Shown here: piece after piece, positions 10,486 to 20,922 of the stretch | Numbering within the stretch: position 1 is the stretch's first letter | How the letters are laid out: each line of letters opens with the position of its first letter | Sequence record: DRR378314_409 | Strand: one strand, 5' to 3' | DNA: 64,000 nucleotides | Position numbers and translations under genes: made by a program | The notes under the pieces: generated by a model | Databases searched by the model: none | What the model was told of the DNA's origin: nothing | Seen by the model: the letters and a program-made list of their open reading frames with translations, nothing else

Positions 10486-10870
10486 GAGGCTTGGCTGGCC
10501 GGTTGCTGGGGCGGCTGATGATAAACCCAGCTCCTATTCCCATTAGGGACAACATACCAATGAGGCCATACCATGGTGTTTCCGTCATTGTGACAACAAG
10601 CGTTGCGCTGATCGCCATCGTCACCAAAGCGATGACTTTGGCTCGAAGCGGTATAACACCATATTTTTCCCACTCTTGCAAAGGCGGGCCAAAAATCCTG
10701 TGATGAAATAACCAGTTATGAAATTTTTCTGAGGATTGTGAAAAAGCCCAAAGGGAGATCAGCAAAAAGGGAGTTGTCGGTAGAACTGGAAGGACAATGC
10801 CAATGGCTCCGATCACAACGAACAGCCATCCTACAAGTAATAAAAAAATTTTTCGGCTGTGTTTTCGCAT
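10463..10870 (-). CDS. ybaN: YbaN/DUF454 family membrane protein
   Basis: GIVLPVLPTTPFLLISLWAFSQSSEKFHNWLFHHRIFGPPLQEW...IPLRAK. Confidence 0.9.
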   Translation of the reverse strand: MRKHSRKIFLLLVGWLFVVIGAIGIVLPVLPTTPFLLISLWAFSQSSEKFHNWLFHHRIFGPPLQEWEKYGVIPLRAKVIALVTMAISATLVVTMTETPWYGLIGMLSLMGIGAGFIISRPSNRPAKPPTVDQVD

Positions 10871-11376
10871 GATGCCCTTATTCCATACTTTCGAATACCA
10901 GTATGGCCTTGGAAAATCTAATTCTTTGTCATTTTACTCTAACAATTTCAGATCAAATATAACCTTAAATAGTATAATAATGTTTTTTAACAGGACATGC
11001 GGGAAACTTAACGGGTTTAAAAATAAAAAAGGTCAAATTCTATTGCCTAAATAATATGCAGAAAATTGATAATAAGCTTCCTAATTAATCTATTAAGCTT
11101 TTTGCAACAATGGCTTATTTAAGTATTCTGTTTTACCTAAAACAAAATTAACCAATTAACAAAAACTATAACCATCGGTTTTTTGGTTGAAATTTTTTTC
11201 CGTTGAAAATTATACTCAGTTCTAGCTTAGGTCGCTAACAGGGGAAAAGACAGGCTTAGCTTCTTCATGTCTACATAGATTAGGGAAGATCTATGAATAG
11301 ATGGCTACGTCCGTGTATTTTTCAAAAAAATATGACCAGCTCAAAAATGGTTGAATAACCCATGTGGGAGGAAAAA

Positions 11377-12621
11377 TTGAATATTAAATCCGCAATTATT
11401 GCTGGCGCCGCAATTGCCGTCGTTTCAGCATTTTCAGCAAATGCCGCAGATAATATTAAAATCGGGTTCGTTGATCCGCTATCTGGTCCATTTGCCGCAA
11501 CAGGAACAAATGGTTTTTCTCAGTACAAATATGCTGCGGAAACCCTGGTTAACGAAAAAGGTGGTGTGCTGGGAGGCCGCAATTTTGAAATTGTAGGCTA
11601 TGATAACAAAATCAGCCCCAAGGAAAGCCTGGTTCAACTAAAACGCGCTATCGGTGAAGGTGTTCAATATATTGTGCAAGGCAATAGTTCTGGTGTTGCA
11701 AATGCATTGACTGATGCGATCAAAAAGCACAACCGCAGAAATCCGGATAGTCGGGTTCTGTTCCTGAACTATTCTGCTGTTGACCCTGCGTTGACCAACG
11801 AAAAATGTAACTTTTGGCACTTCCGCTTTGACGCCAACGCAGACATTAAAATGAATGCGCTGACCGATGCAATTAAAACGGAAACTAACATTAAAAAGCT
11901 CTACATCATTGGTCAGGATTACTCCTTCGGTAAAGCAGTTGCAGCCGCAGCCGTGAAATTCCTTAAAGAAAAACGGCCTGATATTGAAATTGTTGGTAAC
12001 GAGTTACATCCAATTGGGAAGGTGAAAGACTTTACACCCTATGCGACAAAAATCCGGGCTTCTGGTGCGGATGCTGTGATTACAGGTAACTGGGGTGCAG
12101 ATATGGTTGGCCTTGCCAAAGCTATTGGCGATGCCGGTATCGACGCACCAGTTTACACTTACTATGCTGCAAATGACGGCATTACAAAAACAATTGGCGC
12201 AGCTGGTAAGAACAAGATCCGTCTCATTCATGAAGGACCTGCAAACCCTCCGAGCACTGAAGAATATGCAGCGTATCATCGTGGGTTTAAGGAAGCATAT
12301 CCAGACAAAGATATTTCTCAGTTCAGAATTGCCAACGTGATCCAGATGCTGGCAGCAGCGATGGAAAAAACAGGTTCAGCCAAACCAATCGACGTTGCCA
12401 GAGCTTTGGAAGGTATGGAATTCACGTCATTGCATGGTGAGAAACTGGTTATGCGGGCGGAAGATCATCAGTTGATCCAGCCAGTGCATATTTCAGTTCA
12501 TACTGATGAAAATATCACTTTTGACAATGACAATTCGGGCTTTGGTTTGGTTACAGAAGCCAGCGTTGCTGGTCCAGACACTGCACTTCCATCCACATGT
12601 GAGATGAAGCGCCCAGAATAA
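11377..12621 (+). CDS. Liv-type (HAAT family) ABC transporter substrate-binding protein
   Basis: Signal peptide ending ANA, IKIGFVDPLSGPFA, CNFWHFRFDA, GQDYSFG. GGGAGG RBS favours TTG 11377 over ATG 11362. Confidence 0.9.
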   Translation: MNIKSAIIAGAAIAVVSAFSANAADNIKIGFVDPLSGPFAATGTNGFSQYKYAAETLVNEKGGVLGGRNFEIVGYDNKISPKESLVQLKRAIGEGVQYIVQGNSSGVANALTDAIKKHNRRNPDSRVLFLNYSAVDPALTNEKCNFWHFRFDANADIKMNALTDAIKTETNIKKLYIIGQDYSFGKAVAAAAVKFLKEKRPDIEIVGNELHPIGKVKDFTPYATKIRASGADAVITGNWGADMVGLAKAIGDAGIDAPVYTYYAANDGITKTIGAAGKNKIRLIHEGPANPPSTEEYAAYHRGFKEAYPDKDISQFRIANVIQMLAAAMEKTGSAKPIDVARALEGMEFTSLHGEKLVMRAEDHQLIQPVHISVHTDENITFDNDNSGFGLVTEASVAGPDTALPSTCEMKRPE

Positions 12622-12633
12622 GTCTGTTGACTT

Positions 12634-12663
12634 ACCGGTACCGTTCAATCGAATGGTACCGGT
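12634..12663 (+). other. Stem-loop after the substrate-binding gene (mRNA stabiliser or attenuator)
   Basis: ACCGGTACCGTTC-AATC-GAATGGTACCGGT with no strong U tract. Confidence 0.6.
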
Positions 12664-12727
12664 TCCTTGTCTAAGCAGACGTCAGATCTGCAACTGCCTC
12701 CATGTGTGATTACAAGAGATTCAAATC

Positions 12728-13678
12728 ATGTTTGAATTGGTATTCTTTTCCCTTCTGAACGGGATCGTCACGGGGCTCTTGCTCTTTATGCTCGCAAGTG
12801 GCCTGACCCTGATCTTCTCGATGATGGGAGTACTAAACTTCGCGCACGCCAGTTTTTATATGCTGGGTGCTTATTTCGCCTATACCGTAAGCCTTTATCT
12901 GGGATTTTGGGTTGGCCTTTTTGTTGCTCCAATAATTGTCGGGTTACTGGGCGCGCTAGTTGAACGGTACGGACTTCGGTATGTCCACAGGTGGGGGCAT
13001 GTTGCCGAACTTATTTTCACCTTCGGACTGGCATTTCTGATCGAAGAGGTTGTTCAGTTCATTTGGGGTAAAGATACAAAAGCTTATCACGAGCCGGAAG
13101 TTCTGCAATTCCCACTCTTTACCTTCTTTGGCCAAGACTTCCCAGCGTATAAAGCCTTTATGTTACTGGTCTCGATTGCAATTTTCATCACGCTGTTGTT
13201 GGTGCTGACCAGATCTCGTGTCGGTTTGATCATTCAAGCGGCTATTACAAAACCCAATATGACCGCCATGCTTGGTCATAATGTTCCATTCGTTTTTATG
13301 GGTGTTTTTGGTGCGGGTTGCGCGCTAGCCGGCCTTGCGGGTGTAATCGCCGGGCCTGCACTCGGGACTTTCCCCGGGATGGCAGTGGTGCTGGGCAGTA
13401 TTGTCTTTGTGATTGTTGTTGTTGGCGGGCTTGGATCTTTAAGCGGGGCGTTTGTCGCTTCTCTGCTGATCGGCTTAATGCAAACCTTTGCGATTGCACT
13501 TGATTATTCGGTCAATGATTTGCTGAGTGTGTTTAACATTGAAACCGATGTTGATAGCGCCCTTCGGGATCTATGGACTTTATCATTGCCGCAGGTGGCC
13601 CCTATTTTGCCGTATCTGCTATTGGTCCTGATCCTGATTTTCCGTCCAACAGGTTTACTTGGGAAGCGTGAGTCATGA
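12728..13678 (+). CDS. Liv-type ABC permease (LivH-like)
   Basis: LLNGIVTGLLLFMLASGLTLIFSMMGVLNFAHASFYMLGAY; VVVGGLGSLSGA. Confidence 0.92.
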   Translation: MFELVFFSLLNGIVTGLLLFMLASGLTLIFSMMGVLNFAHASFYMLGAYFAYTVSLYLGFWVGLFVAPIIVGLLGALVERYGLRYVHRWGHVAELIFTFGLAFLIEEVVQFIWGKDTKAYHEPEVLQFPLFTFFGQDFPAYKAFMLLVSIAIFITLLLVLTRSRVGLIIQAAITKPNMTAMLGHNVPFVFMGVFGAGCALAGLAGVIAGPALGTFPGMAVVLGSIVFVIVVVGGLGSLSGAFVASLLIGLMQTFAIALDYSVNDLLSVFNIETDVDSALRDLWTLSLPQVAPILPYLLLVLILIFRPTGLLGKRES

Positions 13679-14973
13679 GTGAAGTTGCTAATTCCCAAAA
13701 CCAACATCAATCCTCTGCAGTTATCAAAAGATTTTTGCCTTGGATTGCCGTACTGATCGGATTGGCGGTATTGCCGCAAATTTTCAGCAGCAACCTGTCC
13801 GTCTATACAATGAACCTGATGGGTATCTTCATTATCTTTGCGCTCAGCTACAATATGTTGCTGGGGCAGGGAGGGATGCTGTCCTTTGGACATGCCGTCT
13901 ATTTTGGTTTGGGCGGGTTCATGTCTGTTCACTTCATGAACTATATTGAGGATGGTGTCTTCGTTATCCCGGTCGTGCTCGTTCCAGTTTTCGGCGGGCT
14001 TATTGGACTAATATTTGCCGTCATCATTGGTAGTTTTTCGACGCGGCGGGCCGGTACGGTCTTTGCCATGATCTCCCTTGGTATCGGTGAGCTGGTTGCA
14101 GCCAGTTCTTTGATCTTTGTTGCTTTCTTTGGTGGCGAAGAAGGGGTCAGTGGTGACCGGACCATGGGTCCGGAAGTGCTCGGGATGGATTTTGCGCAGG
14201 ACATTGAAGTTTATGTGCTGATTGCTTTTTGGGTCTTTATCACAACCCTGTTGATGTATTTGTTCTCCAGAACACCGATGGGGCGCTTGGCCAATGCCGT
14301 ACGTGATAATGAGGAACGGGCAGAGTTTATCGGATATAGTAAACGCAAAGTCCGGTTTATCTCTTTTGTCGCTTCCGGTTTTTTCGCGGGTGTAGCAGGC
14401 GGTCTCTTTGCCATTAACTTTGAGATTGTTACTGAAGAGAACCTGAACGCCTTAACCTCGGGCGTTGTGGTGCTGATGGCTTATATCGGAGGAGTGGGGT
14501 TCTTTATTGGGCCCATTGTTGGCGCTGTGGTTTTCACGCTGCTGCAGACACTTGTTAGCAATTATACGGAAATTTGGCAGCTTTATGTGGGTATCATTTT
14601 TGTCCTCACCGTGATGTATGTGCCGCAGGGGCTAACTGGTATATTGGCGATGCATGTTCCGATTTATCGAATGAAACGCATGCGTCTATTGATGGTTCCC
14701 TATATTCGGATTGGAATACCTGTAATTATAGGTCTGTTCGGCATAATTGGCTTTCTTGAAATCGTGCACCACGTTCGGGCGTCATCACCTGACGATACGG
14801 AAATGACGTTGATCGGTATGACGTTCGATACACATACGGTTATGCCATGGATTGTCGTTTCCATAATGATTGTGGTCGGGAGCGTACTTACCAAAATGCA
14901 ACTTGCTCAGCTTCGGGAGGCCTGGGATTTGGCCCATGCGCCAATGCCTATTGACGAAAGGGGTGCGTCATGA
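13675..14973 (+). CDS. Liv-type ABC permease (LivM-like)
   Basis: ALSYNMLLGQGGMLSFGHAVYFGLG; ANAVRDNEERAEFIGY; ATGA overlap with the upstream gene. Confidence 0.92.
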   Translation: MSEVANSQNQHQSSAVIKRFLPWIAVLIGLAVLPQIFSSNLSVYTMNLMGIFIIFALSYNMLLGQGGMLSFGHAVYFGLGGFMSVHFMNYIEDGVFVIPVVLVPVFGGLIGLIFAVIIGSFSTRRAGTVFAMISLGIGELVAASSLIFVAFFGGEEGVSGDRTMGPEVLGMDFAQDIEVYVLIAFWVFITTLLMYLFSRTPMGRLANAVRDNEERAEFIGYSKRKVRFISFVASGFFAGVAGGLFAINFEIVTEENLNALTSGVVVLMAYIGGVGFFIGPIVGAVVFTLLQTLVSNYTEIWQLYVGIIFVLTVMYVPQGLTGILAMHVPIYRMKRMRLLMVPYIRIGIPVIIGLFGIIGFLEIVHHVRASSPDDTEMTLIGMTFDTHTVMPWIVVSIMIVVGSVLTKMQLAQLREAWDLAHAPMPIDERGAS

Positions 14974-15725
14974 CTTCAGCGATCAGACTAACAGATGTTC
15001 GCAAAAGTTTTGGACCTACAGAGATTATTGGTGGGGTCAATCTGGACATTCAACAGGGCGAGCGTCATGCAATCATCGGCCCGAATGGAGCCGGGAAATC
15101 AACTTTGTTCCATTTGGTGAGTGGCCGTTACACCTTGTCGGGCGGTAAGGTTGAATTGAACGGGGAAGACATTAGTAATCTTCCCCCGTATGAGATTTAC
15201 CGCAAAGGCCTTTCTCGCAGTTTTCAGGTCACAAATATATTTCCAAGGATGAGCGTCTTTGAAAATGTTCGTTGCGGACTGATGTGGTCACAAGACTACA
15301 AATATTCTTTCTGGCATCTGGTGGACCGGGAAAAGCGGCTCAATCAGCGCACAGCAGAAGTTCTGGAGGAGATTGGCCTGACTTCGCGCCAGCATGTTCC
15401 CGCAGGGGTTCTGACATATGCAGAACAACGGGCCCTGGAAATCGGGATTACCTCCGCAGGGGGGGCAGATGTCATTATGCTGGATGAACCAACTGCAGGT
15501 ATGAGCCACTCTGAAACAGATCAGGCAATCGCTTTGATCCGTAAGATTACTGAGGGTAAGACCCTTGTCATGGTTGAGCATGATATGGGGGTCGTATTTG
15601 ATGTGGCTGATCGAATCTCCGTGCTGGTGTATGGCGAGATTATCGCAACTGATACACCCAAAAATATCAGGAATAATAAAGCCGTTCAGGAGGCTTATCT
15701 GGGAGCGGAGACTGAAGATGCTTAA
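14970..15725 (+). CDS. Liv-type ABC ATP-binding protein (LivG-like)
   Basis: GPNGAGKST, RSFQVTNIF, MLDEPTAGMS, VEHDMGVV, VQEAYLG. Confidence 0.93.
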   Translation: MTSAIRLTDVRKSFGPTEIIGGVNLDIQQGERHAIIGPNGAGKSTLFHLVSGRYTLSGGKVELNGEDISNLPPYEIYRKGLSRSFQVTNIFPRMSVFENVRCGLMWSQDYKYSFWHLVDREKRLNQRTAEVLEEIGLTSRQHVPAGVLTYAEQRALEIGITSAGGADVIMLDEPTAGMSHSETDQAIALIRKITEGKTLVMVEHDMGVVFDVADRISVLVYGEIIATDTPKNIRNNKAVQEAYLGAETEDA

Positions 15726-16413
15726 AGTTACGGATCTGCATGCCTATTATGGCAAAAGCCATATCCTCCAGGGCGTAAATTTTCGCGTGGAAGAGGGAGA
15801 GATTGTCTCTCTTCTTGGACGAAACGGAGTGGGCCGATCTACAACTATCAAGTCCATTATGGGAGAAGTCCCACCTGTCGGTTCCGTTCAGTTTCGCGGT
15901 GAAGAAATCGCTGGAATGCATGAGCACCAAATCGCCAATCGCGGACTTGGTTATGTGCCGGAAAATCGGGATGTGTTCTCAGGTTTGACAGTTCGTCAAA
16001 ACCTGATCCTTGGAATTAAGGATATGAAAAAGCAAGGGCGCTGGAAAATGGATGACATGTTTGACATGTTTCCAAACCTCAAGCGCAGGGCTGATGTGGA
16101 TGCAGGCGTTCTCTCTGGTGGTGAACAGCAGATGTTGACCATGTGCCGAACCCTTATGGGTGATCCAGACCTCGTCATGATTGATGAGCCGACAGAAGGA
16201 CTTGCTCCTAAAATCGTTGCGCAGGTGGGTGAACTACTCTCTGAAATTGCGCATCGTGGTGTGTCCATTTTGCTGGTCGAACAGAAACTGGCGATTGCCT
16301 TGAAAATCTCCCATCGGCTTTATGTCATGGGTCATGGGCATATGGTCTATGAAGGAACGCCGGATGAACTTCGGCATAATGAACAGGTTCGCAAGGAATG
16401 GCTGGAAGTCTAA
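15718..16413 (+). CDS. Liv-type ABC ATP-binding protein (LivF-like)
   Basis: Likely start MLKVTDLHAYYG at 15718; GRNGVGRST, LSGGEQQML, IDEPTEGLAP, LLVEQ. Confidence 0.93.
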   Translation: MLKVTDLHAYYGKSHILQGVNFRVEEGEIVSLLGRNGVGRSTTIKSIMGEVPPVGSVQFRGEEIAGMHEHQIANRGLGYVPENRDVFSGLTVRQNLILGIKDMKKQGRWKMDDMFDMFPNLKRRADVDAGVLSGGEQQMLTMCRTLMGDPDLVMIDEPTEGLAPKIVAQVGELLSEIAHRGVSILLVEQKLAIALKISHRLYVMGHGHMVYEGTPDELRHNEQVRKEWLEV

Positions 16414-16434
16414 TTCAATAAACTTGCATTTTTT

Positions 16435-16480
16435 TGGGGCGGTGCAGTTGGTCGAAAGATCATCGCCGCCCCATTTGTTT
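16435..16480 (+). terminator. GC-rich hairpin, probable terminator between the liv operon and the IOR gene
   Basis: TGGGGCGGTG..TGGTC-GAAA-GATCA..CGCCGCCCCA followed by TTTGTTT. Confidence 0.6.
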
Positions 16481-16556
16481 GTAAGAGAGCGAATGCTGAG
16501 CTAGTATTCTCCAAAATATCCTGTTGCTAGGCAGGAAAAGGGTCTGGGGAGGTATC

Positions 16557-19500
16557 ATGAGTAATAATCAAGCAAAAGTGTCACTGGATGATAAGTATGA
16601 GGTGGAAACCGGACAGGTTTTCCTGACCGGAACGCAGGCACTTGTTCGCCTCCCTATTATGCAACGTCAACGGGACACTGCCAACGGGCTCAAGACCGGC
16701 GCTTTTATTTCTGGGTACCGGGGTTCTCCGCTTGGGCTATATGACCAAACGCTCTGGAAGGCAAAGCCGTTTCTCAAAAATAACGATATCCATTTTCAGC
16801 CTGGTGTGAATGAGGATCTAGCGGCGACAAGCATCTGGGGAACCCAGCAGATCCATTTGTCCGGGCAATCCGATTATGATGGCGTTTTCGGCATATGGTA
16901 TGGCAAGGGCCCTGGTGTGGATAGATCCGGTGATGTGTTCAAGCATGGGAACATGGCTGGCACCACCGAACATGGCGGTGTTGTTGTCTTAATGGGGGAT
17001 GATCATACGGCCAAATCATCCACTGTTGCACATCAGAGTGAACAGGCATTGGCCGCGGCCATGATACCTGTTCTCAATCCAGCAACGGTGCAGGAGTATC
17101 TGGACTTTGGTTTGCACGCTATCGGGCTCAGCCGGTATAGCGGTTGTTGGGTTGGGATGAAATGCCTGACCGATACGGTGGAGAGTTCAGCCACTGTCGA
17201 TGTCGGTTCCGATCGTGTCCAGATTGAAATTCCGGACGGGATTGAACCACCAGAAGATGGTGTTTATTTGCGCTGGCCGGACAATGCCAATGCGCAGGAA
17301 ACGCGCCTTGTTCGTTCCAAGATCCCTATGGTGAAAGCCTATGTCCGCGCCAATAAACTGGATCGTATCACTCAGGACAGCCAGAAACGCCGCTTTGGCA
17401 TTGTAACAACAGGAAAGGCCTGGTTGGATACTGTCCAGGCACTTGCTGATCTTGGAATTACAGCTGAACTGGCGGAAGAAATTGGCTTAACCGTCTATAA
17501 GGTTGCCTGTACCTGGCCGTTGGAACCTGAAGGGATTAAGGCTTTTGCCGAAGGTCTGGATGAGATTCTGGTCATTGAAGAAAAACGAAGCTTGTTGGAA
17601 GAGCAGACAGCACGAATTCTCTATGATTTGGCAGCGCGCCCCCTTCTTGTTGGAAAAGAAGATGAAAAAGGCGCTTTTCTTTTGCCTTCGGACGGGGAAT
17701 TAACCCCCAGAATTGTTGCTAAGGCAATCAGTTCTCGTCTTGGACGCCAGGAACTGCCGAAAGAGGTGCTGGATGGTTTTGCCATGGCGGAAGCGAATGA
17801 AAGCGGAAACACGATGCCGCCAGCCGATATTACGAGATCCCCCTGGTTCTGTTCCGGTTGCCCCCATAATACGTCCACAAATGTTCCCGAAGGCAGCCGT
17901 GCCATGGCGGGTATCGGCTGTCATACGATGGCGGTGTATATGCCCAACCGGCGAACCCAAACCTACACTCATATGGGTGCGGAAGGCGCAAACTGGATTG
18001 GGCAATCTATCTTTACAAATGAAAAGCATATTTTTCAGAACCTTGGGGATGGGACATATTACCATTCTGGCTTGATGGCTATTCGTGCCGCTGCCGCCGC
18101 AGAGGTAAATATTACCTATAAGATTTTGTTCAACGATGCGGTCGCGATGACCGGTGGGCAACCCTTTGATGGCCCCTTAAGCCCATGGCAGATCAGCCAG
18201 CAAATCCATGCGGAAGGCGTTAAAAAAATCTGTGTCGTTACGGATGAGCCTGAAAAATACGGAAGTGATATTAACTGGGCACCAGATGTTAGCATTCATC
18301 ATCGTGATGATCTGGACCATGTTCAACGGGATCTTCGGGAAGCCGAGGGTGTGACCGCGATTATTTATGATCAGACTTGTGCCGCAGAAAAGCGTCGCCG
18401 CCGGAAAAGAGGAACCTTTCCAGATCCCCAGAAACGAGTGTTGATCAATTCAGATGTGTGTGAGGGATGCGGTGACTGCGGGATTGCGTCCAATTGTGTT
18501 TCCGTCAAACCGCTAGAGACTGAGCTTGGCAGAAAACGGGAAATCGACCAATCTTCCTGCAACAAGGATTATTCCTGCGTGAAAGGTTTTTGCCCCAGTT
18601 TTGTGACTGTTCATGGCGGGCAGCTCAAGAAATTAAAAGCAGTGGAAGTGACCTCCGACAATTTGAATACGGCCGATCCGGCAGAGGGGCTGCCAGAGCC
18701 GCAGCTTCCGATTTTAAAAGGGTCATATAACATTCTGGTAACCGGCATTGGCGGAACGGGTGTTGTCACAATCGGGGCTTTGCTGGGTATGGCGGCCCAT
18801 TTGGAAGGGAAGGGGGCGACAATCCTTGATCAGACTGGTTTGGCCCAAAAAAACGGCGCTGTCATGAGCCATGTTCGGATTACCTCTTCCGCTGCAGAGC
18901 TGAGCGGAACCCGTATCCCTAACCGGCAAACCGATTTGGTGTTGGGGTGTGATCTTGTGGTTGCTGCTGGCGGTGAAGCCCTTAAGAGTTATGGTCTTGG
19001 CCGCACAACCGCGATTGTAAATGATTATCTGGCACCGGTAGCTGCCTTCACCCTAACCCCGGACTTGCAAATGGACAGGGATAAGTTGACGGCACTGGTG
19101 GCAGAGAGCATTGGCCGTGAAGCTGCAGAATTTGTGGATAGTACCAAAATCGCAACAGCTTTGATGGGAGATTCTATTGCGTCAAACCTGTTCCTTCTGG
19201 GTTATGCTTATCAAAAAGGAACCATTCCGGTATCGCGTTCCTCTATTGAACAGGCAATTGAGTTAAATGGTGTCGCTGTTGAAGCAAACAAGAAAGCTCT
19301 CGCTTGGGGTCGCCGAGCGGCAACTGATTTTAATCAGGTTTTGAAACTCGCAGAACCGGCTGTTGATCAGCCGGATCTTGTTGGGAAGTTGTCTCTGGAA
19401 GATATGATTGCCTATCGTTTTGATTTGCTCCAGGCCTATCAGAATAAACGCTATGCCCGGCGGTATGAGCAGATGGTCAATCGTGTGCGGGAAGCTGAAA

Positions 19501-20051
19501 AAAGCATCCCGAGCTCTGAAGAGCGTTTGAGCAAGGCCGTCGCGAAATACCTCTATAAATTGATGGCATATAAAGACGAGTATGAAGTGGCACGGCTTTA
19601 TAGTAATGGGGATTTTCTGAAGCGCTTGGGCGCTCAGTTCGAAGGCGACTACAAATTACATTTTCACCTCGCGCCTCCAATTTTTGCCAAAACAGATCCA
19701 GATACAGGTCATTTGATTAAGCGAGAGTTTGGCCCGTGGATGATGAAGGCCTTCTCCCTGCTCAGGCATTTTCATTTCTTACGAGGCACAAAACTTGACC
19801 CCTTCGGTAAAACAGAGGAACGTCAAAAAGAAGTGGCATTGATCACTCGGTATGAACAGACGATAGAGGAAATTTTAAAGGATCTGTCTGCTGATAATTT
19901 TGGGCTGGCTGTTGAGTTGGCTGAAATACCGGAGCATATTCGGGGCTTCGGTCATGTTAAAGAACGTCATTTGCAATCAGCAGAAGCGGAATGGGAACAG
20001 CTGATGAACCGGTTTCGAAATAGGGACGCCAAAACATTGGCTGCGCAATAA
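16557..20051 (+). CDS. Indolepyruvate:ferredoxin oxidoreductase family protein (fused alpha/beta, single chain)
   Basis: ISGYRGSPLG, PGVNEDLAAT, WYGKGPGVDR, FCSGCPHN, TPP motif NLGDGTYYHSG, ferredoxin CEGCGDC...CNKDYSCVKGFCPSF, beta part GIGGTGVVTIG, LMAYKDEYEVARL. Confidence 0.95.
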   Translation: MSNNQAKVSLDDKYEVETGQVFLTGTQALVRLPIMQRQRDTANGLKTGAFISGYRGSPLGLYDQTLWKAKPFLKNNDIHFQPGVNEDLAATSIWGTQQIHLSGQSDYDGVFGIWYGKGPGVDRSGDVFKHGNMAGTTEHGGVVVLMGDDHTAKSSTVAHQSEQALAAAMIPVLNPATVQEYLDFGLHAIGLSRYSGCWVGMKCLTDTVESSATVDVGSDRVQIEIPDGIEPPEDGVYLRWPDNANAQETRLVRSKIPMVKAYVRANKLDRITQDSQKRRFGIVTTGKAWLDTVQALADLGITAELAEEIGLTVYKVACTWPLEPEGIKAFAEGLDEILVIEEKRSLLEEQTARILYDLAARPLLVGKEDEKGAFLLPSDGELTPRIVAKAISSRLGRQELPKEVLDGFAMAEANESGNTMPPADITRSPWFCSGCPHNTSTNVPEGSRAMAGIGCHTMAVYMPNRRTQTYTHMGAEGANWIGQSIFTNEKHIFQNLGDGTYYHSGLMAIRAAAAAEVNITYKILFNDAVAMTGGQPFDGPLSPWQISQQIHAEGVKKICVVTDEPEKYGSDINWAPDVSIHHRDDLDHVQRDLREAEGVTAIIYDQTCAAEKRRRRKRGTFPDPQKRVLINSDVCEGCGDCGIASNCVSVKPLETELGRKREIDQSSCNKDYSCVKGFCPSFVTVHGGQLKKLKAVEVTSDNLNTADPAEGLPEPQLPILKGSYNILVTGIGGTGVVTIGALLGMAAHLEGKGATILDQTGLAQKNGAVMSHVRITSSAAELSGTRIPNRQTDLVLGCDLVVAAGGEALKSYGLGRTTAIVNDYLAPVAAFTLTPDLQMDRDKLTALVAESIGREAAEFVDSTKIATALMGDSIASNLFLLGYAYQKGTIPVSRSSIEQAIELNGVAVEANKKALAWGRRAATDFNQVLKLAEPAVDQPDLVGKLSLEDMIAYRFDLLQAYQNKRYARRYEQMVNRVREAEKSIPSSEERLSKAVAKYLYKLMAYKDEYEVARLYSNGDFLKRLGAQFEGDYKLHFHLAPPIFAKTDPDTGHLIKREFGPWMMKAFSLLRHFHFLRGTKLDPFGKTEERQKEVALITRYEQTIEEILKDLSADNFGLAVELAEIPEHIRGFGHVKERHLQSAEAEWEQLMNRFRNRDAKTLAAQ

Positions 20052-20118
20052 TATGTAAAATCGAAAGAAAAATAGTCTAGCTGTAAAAATAAATGCTGAA
20101 TAAAAAAAAGGAATAAGC

Positions 20119-20922
20119 ATGTCAAAAGATATTATTGAGACTCTGGAAAATGGTGTTGCAACCTTAACGTTTAACCGGCCAGAAGCGCGCAATGCCATGA
20201 CAGCCTATATGTTTGACTATCTACTGGAAGCACTTCCAAGGCTTGGAGCGGATCCGGATGTCCGGGTTGTTGTCCTCACTGGGGCGGGTGGTGCATTTTG
20301 CGCCGGCGGTGATGTGAAATCTTTTGCCGCCCGGGCTGAGGGAAGTGGGCCAACCACATATGAATTTAACCAGCGGGTTGAGGACCTTCGTAATCGCATG
20401 CGGGTCGCTGAATATATTCATGAAATTCCGAAACCGACGATTGCCGCCATTCCCGGTCCTGCTGCCGGTGCCGGTCTTTCAATAGCTCTGGCTTGTGATA
20501 TGCGGATTGCCGTGGAAGGGGCTAAAATCACAACGGCATTTGGTAATATAGCTTTGTCGGGTGATTTTGGTGGATCCTATTTTCTGACAAAGCTGGTCGG
20601 AACTGCAAAGGCGCGGGAGCTTTACTTCATGTCGACGGTTCTGACAGCTAAGGAGGCTGCGGCAGAAGGCATTATCAATAAGGCGGTGCCCGAAGCGGAT
20701 TATGACGCAGAAGTTCAAAAGATGGTGTCTGCCGTCGCTGCGCGCCCTACTATTGCGTTGGGCTTTATGAAGAAAAACCTGAACAAGGCACTTTATGAAG
20801 GATTGAAAGATGTTCTGGATTGGGAGGCCGTTCACATGATTACGAATTTTGAAACTGAAGATCATAAGGACGCCGCAAGAGCTTTTGTGAAGAAAGAGAA
20901 GCCTGTTTTCAAAGGCCGTTAA
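20119..20922 (+). CDS. Enoyl-CoA hydratase/isomerase (crotonase family)
   Basis: NRPEARNAM, FCAGGDV, KPTIAAIPGPAAGAGLSIALACDMRIA, KPVFKGR. Confidence 0.92.
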   Translation: MSKDIIETLENGVATLTFNRPEARNAMTAYMFDYLLEALPRLGADPDVRVVVLTGAGGAFCAGGDVKSFAARAEGSGPTTYEFNQRVEDLRNRMRVAEYIHEIPKPTIAAIPGPAAGAGLSIALACDMRIAVEGAKITTAFGNIALSGDFGGSYFLTKLVGTAKARELYFMSTVLTAKEAAAEGIINKAVPEADYDAEVQKMVSAVAARPTIALGFMKKNLNKALYEGLKDVLDWEAVHMITNFETEDHKDAARAFVKKEKPVFKGR

